Of a stretch of 64,000 bases of DNA, positions 9,637 through 19,120 are shown piece by piece. The stretch is from sequence record NC_054933.1; one strand, given 5' to 3'. Position 1 is the first letter of the stretch. Each line of letters starts with the position of its first letter. This stretch comes from Escherichia phage teqhad. The notes beneath the pieces were generated by a model. That model worked only from the letters and a program-made list of their open reading frames with translations, had not been told where the DNA came from and did no database searches. The position numbers and the translations under genes were made by a program.

Positions 9637-10836
9637 TTTTGTAATAATGTCAAACTGTTCTTTAAAGCAGAAGCTTGAATCTTGATGCTGATACAAAAAT
9701 TCATATGCTTTTTCTCGCTCACGGTCATAAAGAGCTCGGTCAGATGACAGTTCTTTAATACGCTCAAATGTTGATTCCATATCATTTTCATCAAACCAAA
9801 TGATACCGCTATCATGCGAGGTCAAAGGAGTATTATCAACACGGAATTTTAAATTTTCGCCAGTAGATTTCCAAAATACCGGAATTGTTCCACATGCACC
9901 AAGCTCGAGATGAGTATATTCTAAAGAACGTTGTAGATATTTTTTATCCAACTTACTCAACTGATAACCAAAACCGGATTTACTCATGCGTTCAAGCATT
10001 TCGCTATTTACATAACGATCAAGAATTTGCGTTGGCAAATTAGGAGCAATTTTAATTTGGTCTACTTGATGAAGACGATAATACTCGTATGGAATTCCTT
10101 TTTCTTTAATAGGAATGAACGCTGGAGAACGTTCCAGACCTTCCATAATAGTACTTAGTCCTGCAGGTTTAAGATGTTTTTCATGAAAATCAAACATCTG
10201 ATAAAAACCTTTCCATGTAGTCGTACGACCAATCCATCGGTTGACATTCATGTTAATTTCAGAAACATCTTTCCAGTAGGTTGACCGAACCTTCGCAATA
10301 TCCATAGGAGGCTGAAAGTTATATACGGTCGGCGCTTCTTCAATATCATCAAACAAAGAAACTGTTTCAGGATACCATTCTTTCATCAGAACTTTATTAA
10401 AATCGCCATTATCAGAATGACTAAAAATAACATCAGCTCGACGAACAGTTTCTTCTAATCCCAAATTTCGGCGCAAAGAAAGAGAAGAATGGTCATGTTG
10501 ATAAACTACAACACGAACCGAAGGTTTAATGTTATCAATAATTTTTTTATAGTTATTAATAGTGTCTTCTTCAACTGAAGTAGCAGGAACTGAATTGATA
10601 ATTAGAATATCACAATCATTTACCAGCTTAAGTGTTTTATCGTATTCTTTTGCCAATAAAACCGGAATTGAAAATGATTTATAATCATGTGCGCAATTAC
10701 GAGTAAATGATTTATCTTTAGCATAAACCAAAGTTACTTCATGACCATTTTTAATAAACCAATCACGTTGCTCAAGAGAAAATTTAGTTACACCACAACC
10801 TTCAAGACCTCGAGCCATAAAAATACATACTTTCAT
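9634..10836 (-). CDS. a-gt: DNA alpha-glucosyltransferase (hmC glucosylation)
   Basis: 400 aa; MKVCIFMARGLEGCGVTKFSLEQRDWFIKNGHEVTLVYAKDKSF... recognised as T4 a-gt. Confidence 0.92.
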   Translation of the reverse strand: MKVCIFMARGLEGCGVTKFSLEQRDWFIKNGHEVTLVYAKDKSFTRNCAHDYKSFSIPVLLAKEYDKTLKLVNDCDILIINSVPATSVEEDTINNYKKIIDNIKPSVRVVVYQHDHSSLSLRRNLGLEETVRRADVIFSHSDNGDFNKVLMKEWYPETVSLFDDIEEAPTVYNFQPPMDIAKVRSTYWKDVSEINMNVNRWIGRTTTWKGFYQMFDFHEKHLKPAGLSTIMEGLERSPAFIPIKEKGIPYEYYRLHQVDQIKIAPNLPTQILDRYVNSEMLERMSKSGFGYQLSKLDKKYLQRSLEYTHLELGACGTIPVFWKSTGENLKFRVDNTPLTSHDSGIIWFDENDMESTFERIKELSSDRALYDREREKAYEFLYQHQDSSFCFKEQFDIITK

Positions 10837-10903
10837 TTAATATCCTCATTGTTTTTGGTTTATTTTACCAAAAATTTATAAAGCAATATAGGAGCCGAAG
10901 CTC

Positions 10904-11077
10904 CTATCCGCATAATACGCCATACAAAGGCTCATTAGAGCTTCTAAATTTTATGCGCTTATATGTTATAGTTCCTTCTGCTTTAGCTTTATCGTAAGAC
11001 TCTTTAAAGCGTCTCATCATTTCTACTTTAGAGGAACGAATTTTATTATAATCTATTTCAGAAGTCTGGATGTTCAT
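10904..11077 (-). CDS. possible small ORF (57 aa), below track cutoff
   Basis: ATG 3 nt after the stop of the upstream ORF; stop sits inside a GGAGC-UUCG-GCUCC hairpin; weak SD. Confidence 0.3.
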   Translation of the reverse strand: MNIQTSEIDYNKIRSSKVEMMRRFKESYDKAKAEGTITYKRIKFRSSNEPLYGVLCG

Positions 11078-11080
11078 CTT

Positions 11081-11287
11081 TCATAACTGCCACCATTTTT
11101 TGACTTGATAAGAATCAACCCACACTTTCATATTAGGGTCTGCTCTTACAATAGGAGGATTAACTTCTTTAATTGAACTATCATGGTATTCTTTTTCAGA
11201 AATTTTCACACAAAGATGACCATTCAAAGATTCAGTAAATCCTGCATTAATTTTAAGACGCTTGAATTTTACGTGTGTAAGCATCAA
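11081..11287 (-). CDS. hypothetical small early protein
   Basis: 68-aa ORF between 55 and a-gt. Confidence 0.45.
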   Translation of the reverse strand: MMLTHVKFKRLKINAGFTESLNGHLCVKISEKEYHDSSIKEVNPPIVRADPNMKVWVDSYQVKKWWQL

Positions 11288-11570
11288 TCATATCCTCAAT
11301 TTGCGATCTAGTAGTCTTCCAAAGAATACTGATGAGTTCATCGTTATATGGCTGTTTTAGAATATCCCGACTTTTCTTGATAGCATATTCGTATTGAGCA
11401 AAATTATTGTTTTCAGCTGCGATCTGAGCGTGCTTATAAAGACGATTCAGTTCGCGTTTGTTTTTAGACAATAACTTATTTGCTTTTCTTTCTGCTTCAA
11501 GACGGTTCTTTTCTTCAATAGAAGAAATAAGCTTTTCCACTTCATCATTAATTTCGGGTTTATCAGTCAT
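11253..11570 (-). CDS. hypothetical small early protein
   Basis: 105-aa ORF; charged, helical composition. Confidence 0.5.
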   Translation of the reverse strand: MTDKPEINDEVEKLISSIEEKNRLEAERKANKLLSKNKRELNRLYKHAQIAAENNNFAQYEYAIKKSRDILKQPYNDELISILWKTTRSQIEDMIDAYTRKIQAS

Positions 11571-11571
11571 A

Positions 11572-11790
11572 TTATTTCTCTAATATAAAATAAAAATCAT
11601 CATCTGTTAAATGATACCTGTAATTTAATTCTACACCATTAGATTTAAAAGCGGTATCATACGGATTTTCTGGATCAATATCAATGTCAAGAGCTAAAAC
11701 TTCCCTGAGATACATTTTAAGTAAATAGGGAATAGCTTCAACTTCAGGTATTTCTTCCAAGAATCCGGAGAGGTTAATCGTTAGCCTCAT
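11572..11790 (-). CDS. hypothetical small early protein
   Basis: 72-aa ORF immediately downstream of gene 55. Confidence 0.5.
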
Positions 11791-12331
11791 ATAAAAAATC
11801 CAAACTAGGAGAATCGTCTACAACACTTTTCTTTTCAGCCCCCGGTGTTCTATAGGTTGATTCTTCGTAATGCGTCATTTTATCGTAGATGTCTTGAATA
11901 AAAGTTTCATCTACTAACGCAACCATATCGTCGTCACGACTGTCATAGACATTGTGAACGAAGTAACTATATTTCTTTGCAACTTCCTTACGTTCTTTTT
12001 TAATACGCTGGACGAATGCATTAAAACAAGCTTGAGTTATATATGCATGTGGGTTTTTATATTTCGTTTCATCAAAATTATGAAGCCCCTTAATAGAAGC
12101 TTCTATACCATCTGCAATCATTTCTTGTTTCCAAGACTGGGTGTATCCTGAAAAGTTGAAACGTTTAGATAAGCCTTCTGCAATAAGCATAATGGCTAAT
12201 CCGATAGTATCATTCTGACGAACTACTTTATTTGGGTCTTTATTATTTGCTAATTCTGTTTTCCAATCAATAATAGCTTGTAAAAGCTCTTTATTGTTTA
12301 CGTAATTATATTTAGGCTTAGTTTCTGACAT
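11774..12331 (-). CDS. 55: late-transcription sigma factor gp55
   Basis: 185 aa from [23 protein letters not shown]; ATG at 12331-12329 preceded by GAGGUG; track start is an upstream GTG. Confidence 0.9.
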
Positions 12332-12368
12332 TTTCACCTCTTAGCTCAATTCATAGATCTATTATATC

Positions 12369-12395
12369 ATAATATTTGAAGATCTATCTTAAAGC
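12369..12395 (-). promoter_or_regulatory. middle promoter candidate (MotA box TGCTTTA plus -10 TATTAT)
   Basis: Minus strand uaTGCTTTAag, 14 nt spacer, TATTAT; about 40 bp upstream of gene 55. Confidence 0.45.
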
Positions 12396-12409
12396 ATAGA
12401 GAATATCAG

Positions 12410-12679
12410 TTATCTAAGTAAACAGTATGCTTGGAATACTTTCTCCATCATCTTTTTAAATTCATGAATATCTATATAATGACTAGTTAAATCAGCATGA
12501 TATAAAAAGTCTAAAAACTTTTCATGTGTGCTAACATATTCACTTTCATTTAATTCAGAAACATGACTTTCCCAATATCCAACACCAGTCTTATTTGGGA
12601 AAAATGAAATTTTCATATATTGGTCAACATAGAAAATGCCATAATTTTCAATAGTAATAGAAATATTAATAAATTTCAT
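12410..12679 (-). CDS. hypothetical early protein
   Basis: 89-aa ORF, ATGA-type junction with the upstream ORF. Confidence 0.5.
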   Translation of the reverse strand: MKFINISITIENYGIFYVDQYMKISFFPNKTGVGYWESHVSELNESEYVSTHEKFLDFLYHADLTSHYIDIHEFKKMMEKVFQAYCLLR

Positions 12680-12891
12680 ACATTCATCAACTTAGCCGCT
12701 TCAAGAGCTGCATCTAGTGAATCAAATTGGTCAACATATTCAATCAATTCGCCATAATTGGCATATAACCACCATTGGCTAAATTCATACTCAAGGATGA
12801 ATCCGTTTCCTTCAATTTGAGTTAAACCAATGCCATTTGTATTTACTTCATATCCAGCAAGACGCAAATCGTTAATAAGAGCTTCGTTCAT
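12676..12891 (-). CDS. hypothetical early protein
   Basis: 71-aa acidic ORF. Confidence 0.5.
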   Translation of the reverse strand: MNEALINDLRLAGYEVNTNGIGLTQIEGNGFILEYEFSQWWLYANYGELIEYVDQFDSLDAALEAAKLMNV

Positions 12892-12893
12892 AA

Positions 12894-13220
12894 TTATACC
12901 TTAGTAATTTTCAGGTCTGCAAATTTTTTCTTGCGTTGATTTTTCATGCGACGAATAGTTTTATCGGAAATTTCATGCTTTTGATAAGCTTTAGATTCTA
13001 CACCAAAAGCTTTAACATCAAATTCTGACAAGATATATTGAACCAACAATTCACGGACAGTATTGCGTCCAATCTTCTGATCATTCTGTTTCATCGTTTG
13101 ATGAAGCTCTTTTTCCCATTTATCCAAACTTTGAGGAGTTACAATATCGCCTTTTTCTAGCAAAGAAACTACTTTATCATATGCGTAAGAATTAATGACG
13201 TTTTTAATTTGAATAGTCAT
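12894..13220 (-). CDS. hypothetical early protein
   Basis: 108-aa ORF with basic C-terminus. Confidence 0.5.
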   Translation of the reverse strand: MTIQIKNVINSYAYDKVVSLLEKGDIVTPQSLDKWEKELHQTMKQNDQKIGRNTVRELLVQYILSEFDVKAFGVESKAYQKHEISDKTIRRMKNQRKKKFADLKITKV

Positions 13221-13272
13221 ACATTATCCTCAATTACGTTAAAATTTTATTATCCAAAAAGGGCCGAAGCCC

Positions 13273-13473
13273 TTAGCTAAACTTTTTGGCACCCTTCCAG
13301 CCTTCATACATCATTGCGGCTGATATTAATATTGCTCCTGAGCAACTTGAATATTTGTGATTCCAAAACCAGTTCAGAAAAACTTCGTCATCAATACCTT
13401 GGGCTATCATATTTTCAAAGAACTGACGACGAGCTTCGGCAATTCGCTGCGATAATTTAGATTCAGGATTCAT
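13273..13473 (-). CDS. hypothetical early protein
   Basis: 66-aa ORF preceded by a UUCG hairpin at 13261-13276. Confidence 0.45.
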   Translation of the reverse strand: MNPESKLSQRIAEARRQFFENMIAQGIDDEVFLNWFWNHKYSSCSGAILISAAMMYEGWKGAKKFS

Positions 13474-13689
13474 TTAAATTTTCCAATTACCATTTTCATC
13501 AATAAATTTAATCCAGTCATTTACTGACCACTTAGTTGTATCACCTTTTGGAGTAACATTTAAAGTGTATAACCCCTGCTTAAAAAGCATTCGTTTGATA
13601 TTCATATTTTCCTCAGCTGTAACGATAACACTCGTTTGATTTACGTTTAGCAACTCGTTGAGAAGTATTATAATCAAAATCATCGTCAA
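13474..13689 (-). CDS. hypothetical early protein (start uncertain)
   Basis: 71-aa track ORF; N-terminal part overlaps the upstream gene. Confidence 0.4.
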   Translation of the reverse strand: MTMILIIILLNELLNVNQTSVIVTAEENMNIKRMLFKQGLYTLNVTPKGDTTKWSVNDWIKFIDENGNWKI

Positions 13690-13906
13690 TGTAAACTGAT
13701 TTTTTCAACTTTCTTACTTCACCGCGTAATTGACGATTTAGCTCATCTTTAACTTCTGAATCAATACCTTTCATTCTACGCCATTTATCTGAGCGAAAAA
13801 TGTTTTCAACCATATCTTTATGACTTACACCATCAGGAGCTTTACGCTTTCCGAAATAGTCATAATCACGTACTTTTAAATCTTTACGACGATACGTTTT
13901 ACCCAT
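13613..13906 (-). CDS. hypothetical basic protein (97 aa from MGKTYRRKDL)
   Basis: ATG at 13906-13904 overlaps the stop of the upstream small ORF. Confidence 0.45.
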   Translation of the reverse strand: MGKTYRRKDLKVRDYDYFGKRKAPDGVSHKDMVENIFRSDKWRRMKGIDSEVKDELNRQLRGEVRKLKKSVYIDDDFDYNTSQRVAKRKSNECYRYS

Positions 13907-14075
13907 GGAGTTTAATTTCCTTAGCAACTGAACTAAATACAGCACGATCACAAACCATGCGTTTGTTCCATTTAATCACAGTATAATGAACATCTAGATC
14001 ATCGACTGCTGTAACAATAACGATATGTCCGTTAACACGATAGTACTGGTCAATTTTAATCTCTTTATCAACCAT
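13899..14075 (-). CDS. small ORF (58 aa), below track cutoff
   Basis: ATG at 14075-14073 with GAGGA SD 6 nt upstream; MVDKEIKIDQYYRVNGHIVIVTAVDDLDVHYTVIKWNKRMVCDRAVFSSVAKEIKLHG. Confidence 0.5.
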   Translation of the reverse strand: MVDKEIKIDQYYRVNGHIVIVTAVDDLDVHYTVIKWNKRMVCDRAVFSSVAKEIKLHG

Positions 14076-14105
14076 ATCAATTCCTCAAAGGTAATTCATA
14101 TGTTA

Positions 14106-14135
14106 ATAATACCACGGTTTGAACCTGTTGTAAAC
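14106..14135 (-). promoter_or_regulatory. T4-type early promoter
   Basis: Minus strand GTTTAC - 18 nt - TATTAT with TG extension and A/T-rich upstream. Confidence 0.55.
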
Positions 14136-14217
14136 AACTTTGTGAAAAATATTTTAGGGAATGATAAGAAAGGAACGATAGCTTAGAATGGTAATATACA
14201 GAATGTGAGAAAGAAAG

Positions 14218-14231
14218 GCCCAGAGGGCCCG
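14218..14231 (-). terminator. GC-rich hairpin after the nrdH-like ORF
   Basis: GGCCC-AGA-GGGCC inverted repeat just 3' of the stop. Confidence 0.4.
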
Positions 14232-14233
14232 TC

Positions 14234-14541
14234 TTAATCTTCTATGATATCTCTATCATATCCAAGTGAAATGAGAGTTTCTTTGAAGTGTTTAATGTTC
14301 TTTTGTCTAGAATCATTAATGAAAATGACTGGATAACGAATGTTAAGAGATGTGAATCCAGCGCGTTTAGCAAGAGATACAATCAGAGGACGATCATACT
14401 CAATCTTACCGTTATTTGTAAGAACTTTATAGAAAGTAAAAGGAGCATTGAGCTCCTTTAGAAGTTTTGTAACTGATTGACATCCAGGACAACGACCTAC
14501 TTCATCTGGAATTCCATAGACTTCAATCTTATTCTTTAAGT
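14234..14541 (-). CDS. nrdH: glutaredoxin/NrdH-like redoxin; start codon uncertain (possible GTG)
   Basis: KIEVYGIPDEVGRCPGCQSVTKLLKEL with CPGC redox motif; no in-frame ATG near the conserved N-terminus; AAGGA 10 nt upstream of GTG at 14541. Confidence 0.55.
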
Positions 14542-14840
14542 TCGAGTTTTGTTCCACGAGAAATAATTCCTTGGTAAGCCCAATAAGGAGGATTAACAGA
14601 ATCCTCACCAGAGTTTTCTTCAGGAAAATAAACCTGGATAACAAATCCAGACGCATCAAAGGTAAAATAAACCGTAGGCAATTCACCTAACAATTCGGCA
14701 CGAGCATTAATTTCTTCTAGATCTCGTTCACGTCCAGCCCAAAAACTAGGATTTAGATTACATTCGTAAAAATAATAGTCATTACCGAACATATCAAAAC
14801 CCTTCCAACTCTCTACCACGTACCGCTCAAAACTAATCAT
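14529..14840 (-). CDS. hypothetical early protein
   Basis: 103-aa ORF between nrdG and the nrdH-like gene. Confidence 0.5.
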   Translation of the reverse strand: MISFERYVVESWKGFDMFGNDYYFYECNLNPSFWAGRERDLEEINARAELLGELPTVYFTFDASGFVIQVYFPEENSGEDSVNPPYWAYQGIISRGTKLELKE

Positions 14841-14842
14841 AA

Positions 14843-15058
14843 TTAAGCCTTTTTATCAAGAACAGAATTCAGTTTGTTAGTAATTTTATCCAGACGCTCA
14901 TTAAACTCACTAGAAGATAAGCCCTTTTCTGGAGAAATTAAACTAATAACGAAAAATATAGCAATAAAAGGAATAAGGAAAATAGCTCCAACTGCCATAA
15001 ACAGAAAGAATGTTACAGTTGTAAGAAAATCAGCTAAACCTTTACGAAATTTATACAT
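14843..15058 (-). CDS. small membrane protein
   Basis: 71 aa with a hydrophobic stretch FFLFMAVGAIFLIPFIAIFFVISLI. Confidence 0.5.
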   Translation of the reverse strand: MYKFRKGLADFLTTVTFFLFMAVGAIFLIPFIAIFFVISLISPEKGLSSSEFNERLDKITNKLNSVLDKKA

Positions 15059-15173
15059 ATTTTACCCTTAATTAATTAACAAAGCATTGATAAGTACTAA
15101 ACTATATTGGGAATAAAATTCTGGACCAAAATGAAAAATCATATCATTTATAGTATCCATAATGCAATTCAAT

Positions 15174-15644
15174 TTAATCATGTTTCCACACCCCATCGGT
15201 ATTTGACCAAAGTCGCTGATTATCTGATCCTCGCCACAGCTTTTTAGTCGGAAGATTTTTCTCATACTTCCCATCAATAATAACATCAACATATTTAAGC
15301 ATTTCTAGTTGTTTAATATCTTCAAACTTATATCCTGTCCACAACCAAATGCTTTTATTGGGATAAAGATTTTTAATAGTTTGAACCACAGAGTGAATCA
15401 CGTCTCTGTTATCAGGATAAAGAGGGTCACCTCCGGTTATAGTCAATCCTTCTATATAATCATTATTCAAACATTCAATTAATTGTTCTAGTGTTTCACC
15501 AGTGAATGGAACACCATTTCTAGCATTCCATGTTGATTTATTATAACACCCTTCGCATTTATGCAAACAACCTGTAACGAAAAGAACGACCCTGCATCCA
15601 GGGCCATTCACAAAATCACAGGGATAAAATCTATCGTAATTCAT
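15174..15644 (-). CDS. nrdG: anaerobic ribonucleotide reductase activase (radical SAM)
   Basis: 156 aa; CLHKCEGC (CX3CX2C) cluster motif; directly downstream of nrdD. Confidence 0.9.
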   Translation of the reverse strand: MNYDRFYPCDFVNGPGCRVVLFVTGCLHKCEGCYNKSTWNARNGVPFTGETLEQLIECLNNDYIEGLTITGGDPLYPDNRDVIHSVVQTIKNLYPNKSIWLWTGYKFEDIKQLEMLKYVDVIIDGKYEKNLPTKKLWRGSDNQRLWSNTDGVWKHD

Positions 15645-17458
15645 TGGTGTTTAACCCTATGCATGATTTCTTTATTTTTACCGAGATTAAATCCGCGTTC
15701 GTTCGGATTTCCCAAATAGCCGCATGTTCTTCTTATTGTGTTCATCTTTTTAGGATCAGTTTCTCCACAAATAGAACAAACAAATCCGTTTTCAGTAGGA
15801 GTCATTTCATGGGTACTTCCGCATGTAAAACACTTATCTACTGGCATATTAACACCAAAATAATCTAAATGCTGTGCAGCATAATCCCACACGGCCTCAA
15901 GACCTTTTAAGTTATTTTTCATATCAGGAAGTTCAACATAAGAAATGTGACCGCCGGTCGCAATGAAATGATACGGCGCTTCACGAGAAATCTTTTCAAA
16001 CGGAGTAATATTTTCTTCTACTGAAACATGGAAACTGTTGGTGTACCAACCTTTATCGGTAACATCCTTTACACTTCCATATTTTTCGGTATCAAGTTTA
16101 CAGAAGCGATAACAAAGGTTTTCAGCAGGAGTAGAATACAAGCTAAAAGCAAAACCAGTTCTTTCAGTCCACTGCTTAAGACGAGCATTCATTTTAGTTA
16201 AAATTTCTTGTCCAATATCACGACCGACAAGAATATTCAATTCGTGAATACCAATGTATCCTAAGGACACTGAACTTCTACCGTTTTTAAATAACTCAAT
16301 TATATCATCATCAGGTTTAAGACGAACCCCGAATGCACCTTCTTGGTAAAGAATAGGAGCAACAGTCGCTTTAACTCCTTTTAAGGAACTAATTCTACAC
16401 ATCAAAGCTTCAAAACATAAATCCATTCGCTCATTGAACAATTCGATAAATTTCTGTTCATTGAACTGTGTTCCAATATAAGAATCTAACGCGATACGAG
16501 GAAGATTCAGTGTTACAACACCGAGATTATTACGTCCATCAAGAATTTCATTACCAGTCGAATCTTTCCATACGCTCAAGAAACTACGGCAGCCCATTGG
16601 AGAAACAGGAACAGATGAACCAGTGATATCTTTATTGTTCTTAGCTGAAATAATATCAGGATACATTCTTTTGCTTGCGCACTCTAGAGCAAGCTGTTTA
16701 ATATCATAGTTCGGATCGTCTTTATAAAGATTAACACCTTCTTCAACAAACATAACAAGCTTAGGGAAAATAGGAGTTATCCCATCACGACCAAGACCTT
16801 TAATACGATTTTTCAGAATTGCTTTCTGAATCATTCGTTCAGTCCAGTCAGTTCCTGTACCAAATGTAATTGTTACAAAAGGTGTTTGTCCGTTTGAACT
16901 AAAGAGAGTATTTACTTCATATTCATAAGCTTGGAATGCATCGTATACATCTTTTTCTGTTTTAGATTGAGCATAATTCAACGCATCAGCGATTTGCCAT
17001 TTTTCTGCATCCTCAATATGTTTTGCATAGGTGCGTTTAACATAAGGAGAAAGTACTTTATCTACATTCGCAAAAGTCGTTCCGCCGTATTGGTGAGAAG
17101 CAACTTGCGCAGTAATTTGCGCCATAATTGCAGTAGCAACTCCAATTGATTTAGGAGTTTCAATCTGTGCATTACCTAGCTTAAATCCGTTCTCAAGCAT
17201 TCCTTTTAAATCTACTAAACAACAATTAGTAAATGGAAGAGCAGGGGAATAATCAATATCGTGGAAATGGATAATTCCGCTTTCATGCGCTTTCATAATA
17301 AAAGACGGGACCATATTTTTGGCAATGTGTTTAGACACAATACCAGCCATAAGGTCCCGTTGAGTTGGAAAAACACGAGAATCTTTATTAGCATTCTCGT
17401 TCAAAAGGTCTTTATTAGTTTTATGAATCAATCCTTCAATTTCTTTTTCAATTGTCAT
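15641..17458 (-). CDS. nrdD: anaerobic ribonucleoside-triphosphate reductase, uninterrupted
   Basis: 605 aa; C-terminal glycyl radical motif RRTCGYLG and Zn ribbon CFTCGS...CSICG; single continuous ORF. Confidence 0.92.
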   Translation of the reverse strand: MTIEKEIEGLIHKTNKDLLNENANKDSRVFPTQRDLMAGIVSKHIAKNMVPSFIMKAHESGIIHFHDIDYSPALPFTNCCLVDLKGMLENGFKLGNAQIETPKSIGVATAIMAQITAQVASHQYGGTTFANVDKVLSPYVKRTYAKHIEDAEKWQIADALNYAQSKTEKDVYDAFQAYEYEVNTLFSSNGQTPFVTITFGTGTDWTERMIQKAILKNRIKGLGRDGITPIFPKLVMFVEEGVNLYKDDPNYDIKQLALECASKRMYPDIISAKNNKDITGSSVPVSPMGCRSFLSVWKDSTGNEILDGRNNLGVVTLNLPRIALDSYIGTQFNEQKFIELFNERMDLCFEALMCRISSLKGVKATVAPILYQEGAFGVRLKPDDDIIELFKNGRSSVSLGYIGIHELNILVGRDIGQEILTKMNARLKQWTERTGFAFSLYSTPAENLCYRFCKLDTEKYGSVKDVTDKGWYTNSFHVSVEENITPFEKISREAPYHFIATGGHISYVELPDMKNNLKGLEAVWDYAAQHLDYFGVNMPVDKCFTCGSTHEMTPTENGFVCSICGETDPKKMNTIRRTCGYLGNPNERGFNLGKNKEIMHRVKHQ

Positions 17459-17928
17459 TTTAAACTCTTTCTAAGCTGCTTCTTGAATGAAGCTATTAAT
17501 TGTGTTTTGGTGTCAGATTCATTATATTCAAATCCTCTTTGAAGCATCTCGGCCATCATTTCCTCTTTTCCTAAACGAGAAAATTCCTTTGATTTATCTC
17601 CAACGAAGTTAGGGTGAATATTATTTTGGGTGTAATCGGATTTTAAATAAGTAAGTAAATTTTCTAACCATTCAAGATAATCAACACCTTGTCCCTTTAA
17701 GCCAGAACGATTAAATTTATGCTTCATTTGACCTTCTGCGGCATTGCAGAGATTACAAAGCAATCCACGTACCTTTCCTGCTTTTGGTCCATTTAATTCA
17801 TGGTCATGGTCGAGGTGATTAGCTTGAACGTCAGGATTTAGTTCTCGTTGGCAAATTAAGCATTTACCATTTTGTGCATCATAAAATTTCTGTTTTTCTT
17901 CTTTGTATAATTTGCCAGTCAATAACAT
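17455..17928 (-). CDS. 49: endonuclease VII (Holliday junction resolvase)
   Basis: 157 aa, MLLTGKLYKEEKQKFYDAQNGKCLICQRELNPDVQANHLDHDHELNGPKAGKVRGLLCNLCN recognised as gp49. Confidence 0.92.
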   Translation of the reverse strand: MLLTGKLYKEEKQKFYDAQNGKCLICQRELNPDVQANHLDHDHELNGPKAGKVRGLLCNLCNAAEGQMKHKFNRSGLKGQGVDYLEWLENLLTYLKSDYTQNNIHPNFVGDKSKEFSRLGKEEMMAEMLQRGFEYNESDTKTQLIASFKKQLRKSLK

Positions 17929-17970
17929 AATAAAACCCTTACCTTAAATAGATAAGGGTATTTATTATTT

Positions 17971-18456
17971 TCAAGTATTGTAAAACATTTGATTCAATCG
18001 CTTATATTGCCGAATCTTTTGGTCAGAAAAAGAAATTTGGGTTTCAAGCCATTCAATATATTCTGCCGCAGCTTGCATCAAATTTCCTTCATAGCCATCG
18101 TTATTTTCTTGTGCAGCTAATTTAGCTAATGCGTATGAAATACGTTCACCTTGAAAATCAGCTTTAGGCTTCTGAACAACTTGATTAGTTCTCTCTACAA
18201 CTTCTTCAATTTCGCCATTTTCTACTGATTCAGTATTCCACAAGCACCAATACGTAATTGGCTTATCGTAGATGTTAATAATCTTTCCATCAGAAAGTTC
18301 AATTTCAATAATTCCAGTGTCAGGCTCTATATCATCTTCACATTCTTTTGCAAGTTCACGAACTTTAAAGACAGTACCTGCACTAAGTTCCGGCCAGTAA
18401 TTACACAGCCCTGTATCAGCACGATTAATTCTAAACCACTTATCTACTGTAATCAT
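17971..18456 (-). CDS. pin: protease inhibitor Pin-like
   Basis: Synteny downstream of 49; about 161 aa from MITVDKWF. Confidence 0.6.
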   Translation of the reverse strand: MITVDKWFRINRADTGLCNYWPELSAGTVFKVRELAKECEDDIEPDTGIIEIELSDGKIINIYDKPITYWCLWNTESVENGEIEEVVERTNQVVQKPKADFQGERISYALAKLAAQENNDGYEGNLMQAAAEYIEWLETQISFSDQKIRQYKRLNQMFYNT

Positions 18457-18579
18457 GTCCCATCTCCATATCAATTAAGTCATTTATCGTTGGTTCATTA
18501 TATACTGTTTCTTCATCAGTGTAAACCGGTTCTTCCGGCTCTGGCTCTACAGTTTCCCATCTAGCCGCCCACCAAGGTT

Positions 18580-18900
18580 TTATAGCGTAATCCATTCTCG
18601 TACTATCTGAGTTACTACACGTTCACGGGGCTCGACTAGTTCAACAGTCGGAACTGCATAATACCAGTCAGAATGATAAGAACCTGACCGAGATTCATTT
18701 ACCGCTACATGTACATTATGTTTTGGACTAAAGTAAACACACTGACGATATTGGCATTTACCATCTTGCACCCAGTCTTCTATTTCGATAGGTTTAAGAT
18801 AATCGGAAAAATCGAAATCATAGTTTTCCGAAAATGCATCATGGTCTTCAATGATTTCGCTCAGAACTGCATCAACATCTAATTTATTTTCAATAGTCAT
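18580..18900 (-). CDS. hypothetical early protein
   Basis: 106-aa ORF. Confidence 0.5.
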   Translation of the reverse strand: MTIENKLDVDAVLSEIIEDHDAFSENYDFDFSDYLKPIEIEDWVQDGKCQYRQCVYFSPKHNVHVAVNESRSGSYHSDWYYAVPTVELVEPRERVVTQIVREWITL

Positions 18901-18910
18901 TTTTCACCAA

Positions 18911-19120
18911 TTAATTTCGCAATTTATTAAGTTCTTCATCATCAATCCAGGATTCTAGTCCTGTTGGCAGGTCACATTCAATTTCCCAAAGAAGTTCTTC
19001 AATTTTATGAAGACGATCTAGTTCTTCAGCAGGAATAGTAACCATTGACGGAGCTCTTGCTACATTAATATCGTAAATCATATTTACCCCAGTTTGACCA
19101 TACAATCGCCGTATTTCCAC
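18911..19120 (-). CDS. hypothetical early protein
   Basis: 69-aa ORF. Confidence 0.45.
   Translation of the reverse strand: MEIRRLYGQTGVNMIYDINVARAPSMVTIPAEELDRLHKIEELLWEIECDLPTGLESWIDDEELNKLRN

Noticed and set aside
9070-9815. Nested or overlapping minus-strand ORFs 9070-9264 and 9594-9815
   Set aside because: Alternative frames inside the GIY-YIG endonuclease and a-gt genes; no independent start signals.
15641-17458. Looked for a group I intron or intron ORF in nrdD and for introns in other genes
   Set aside because: nrdD is a continuous 605-codon frame with intact C-terminal glycyl-radical motif; no interrupted gene was found in the window.
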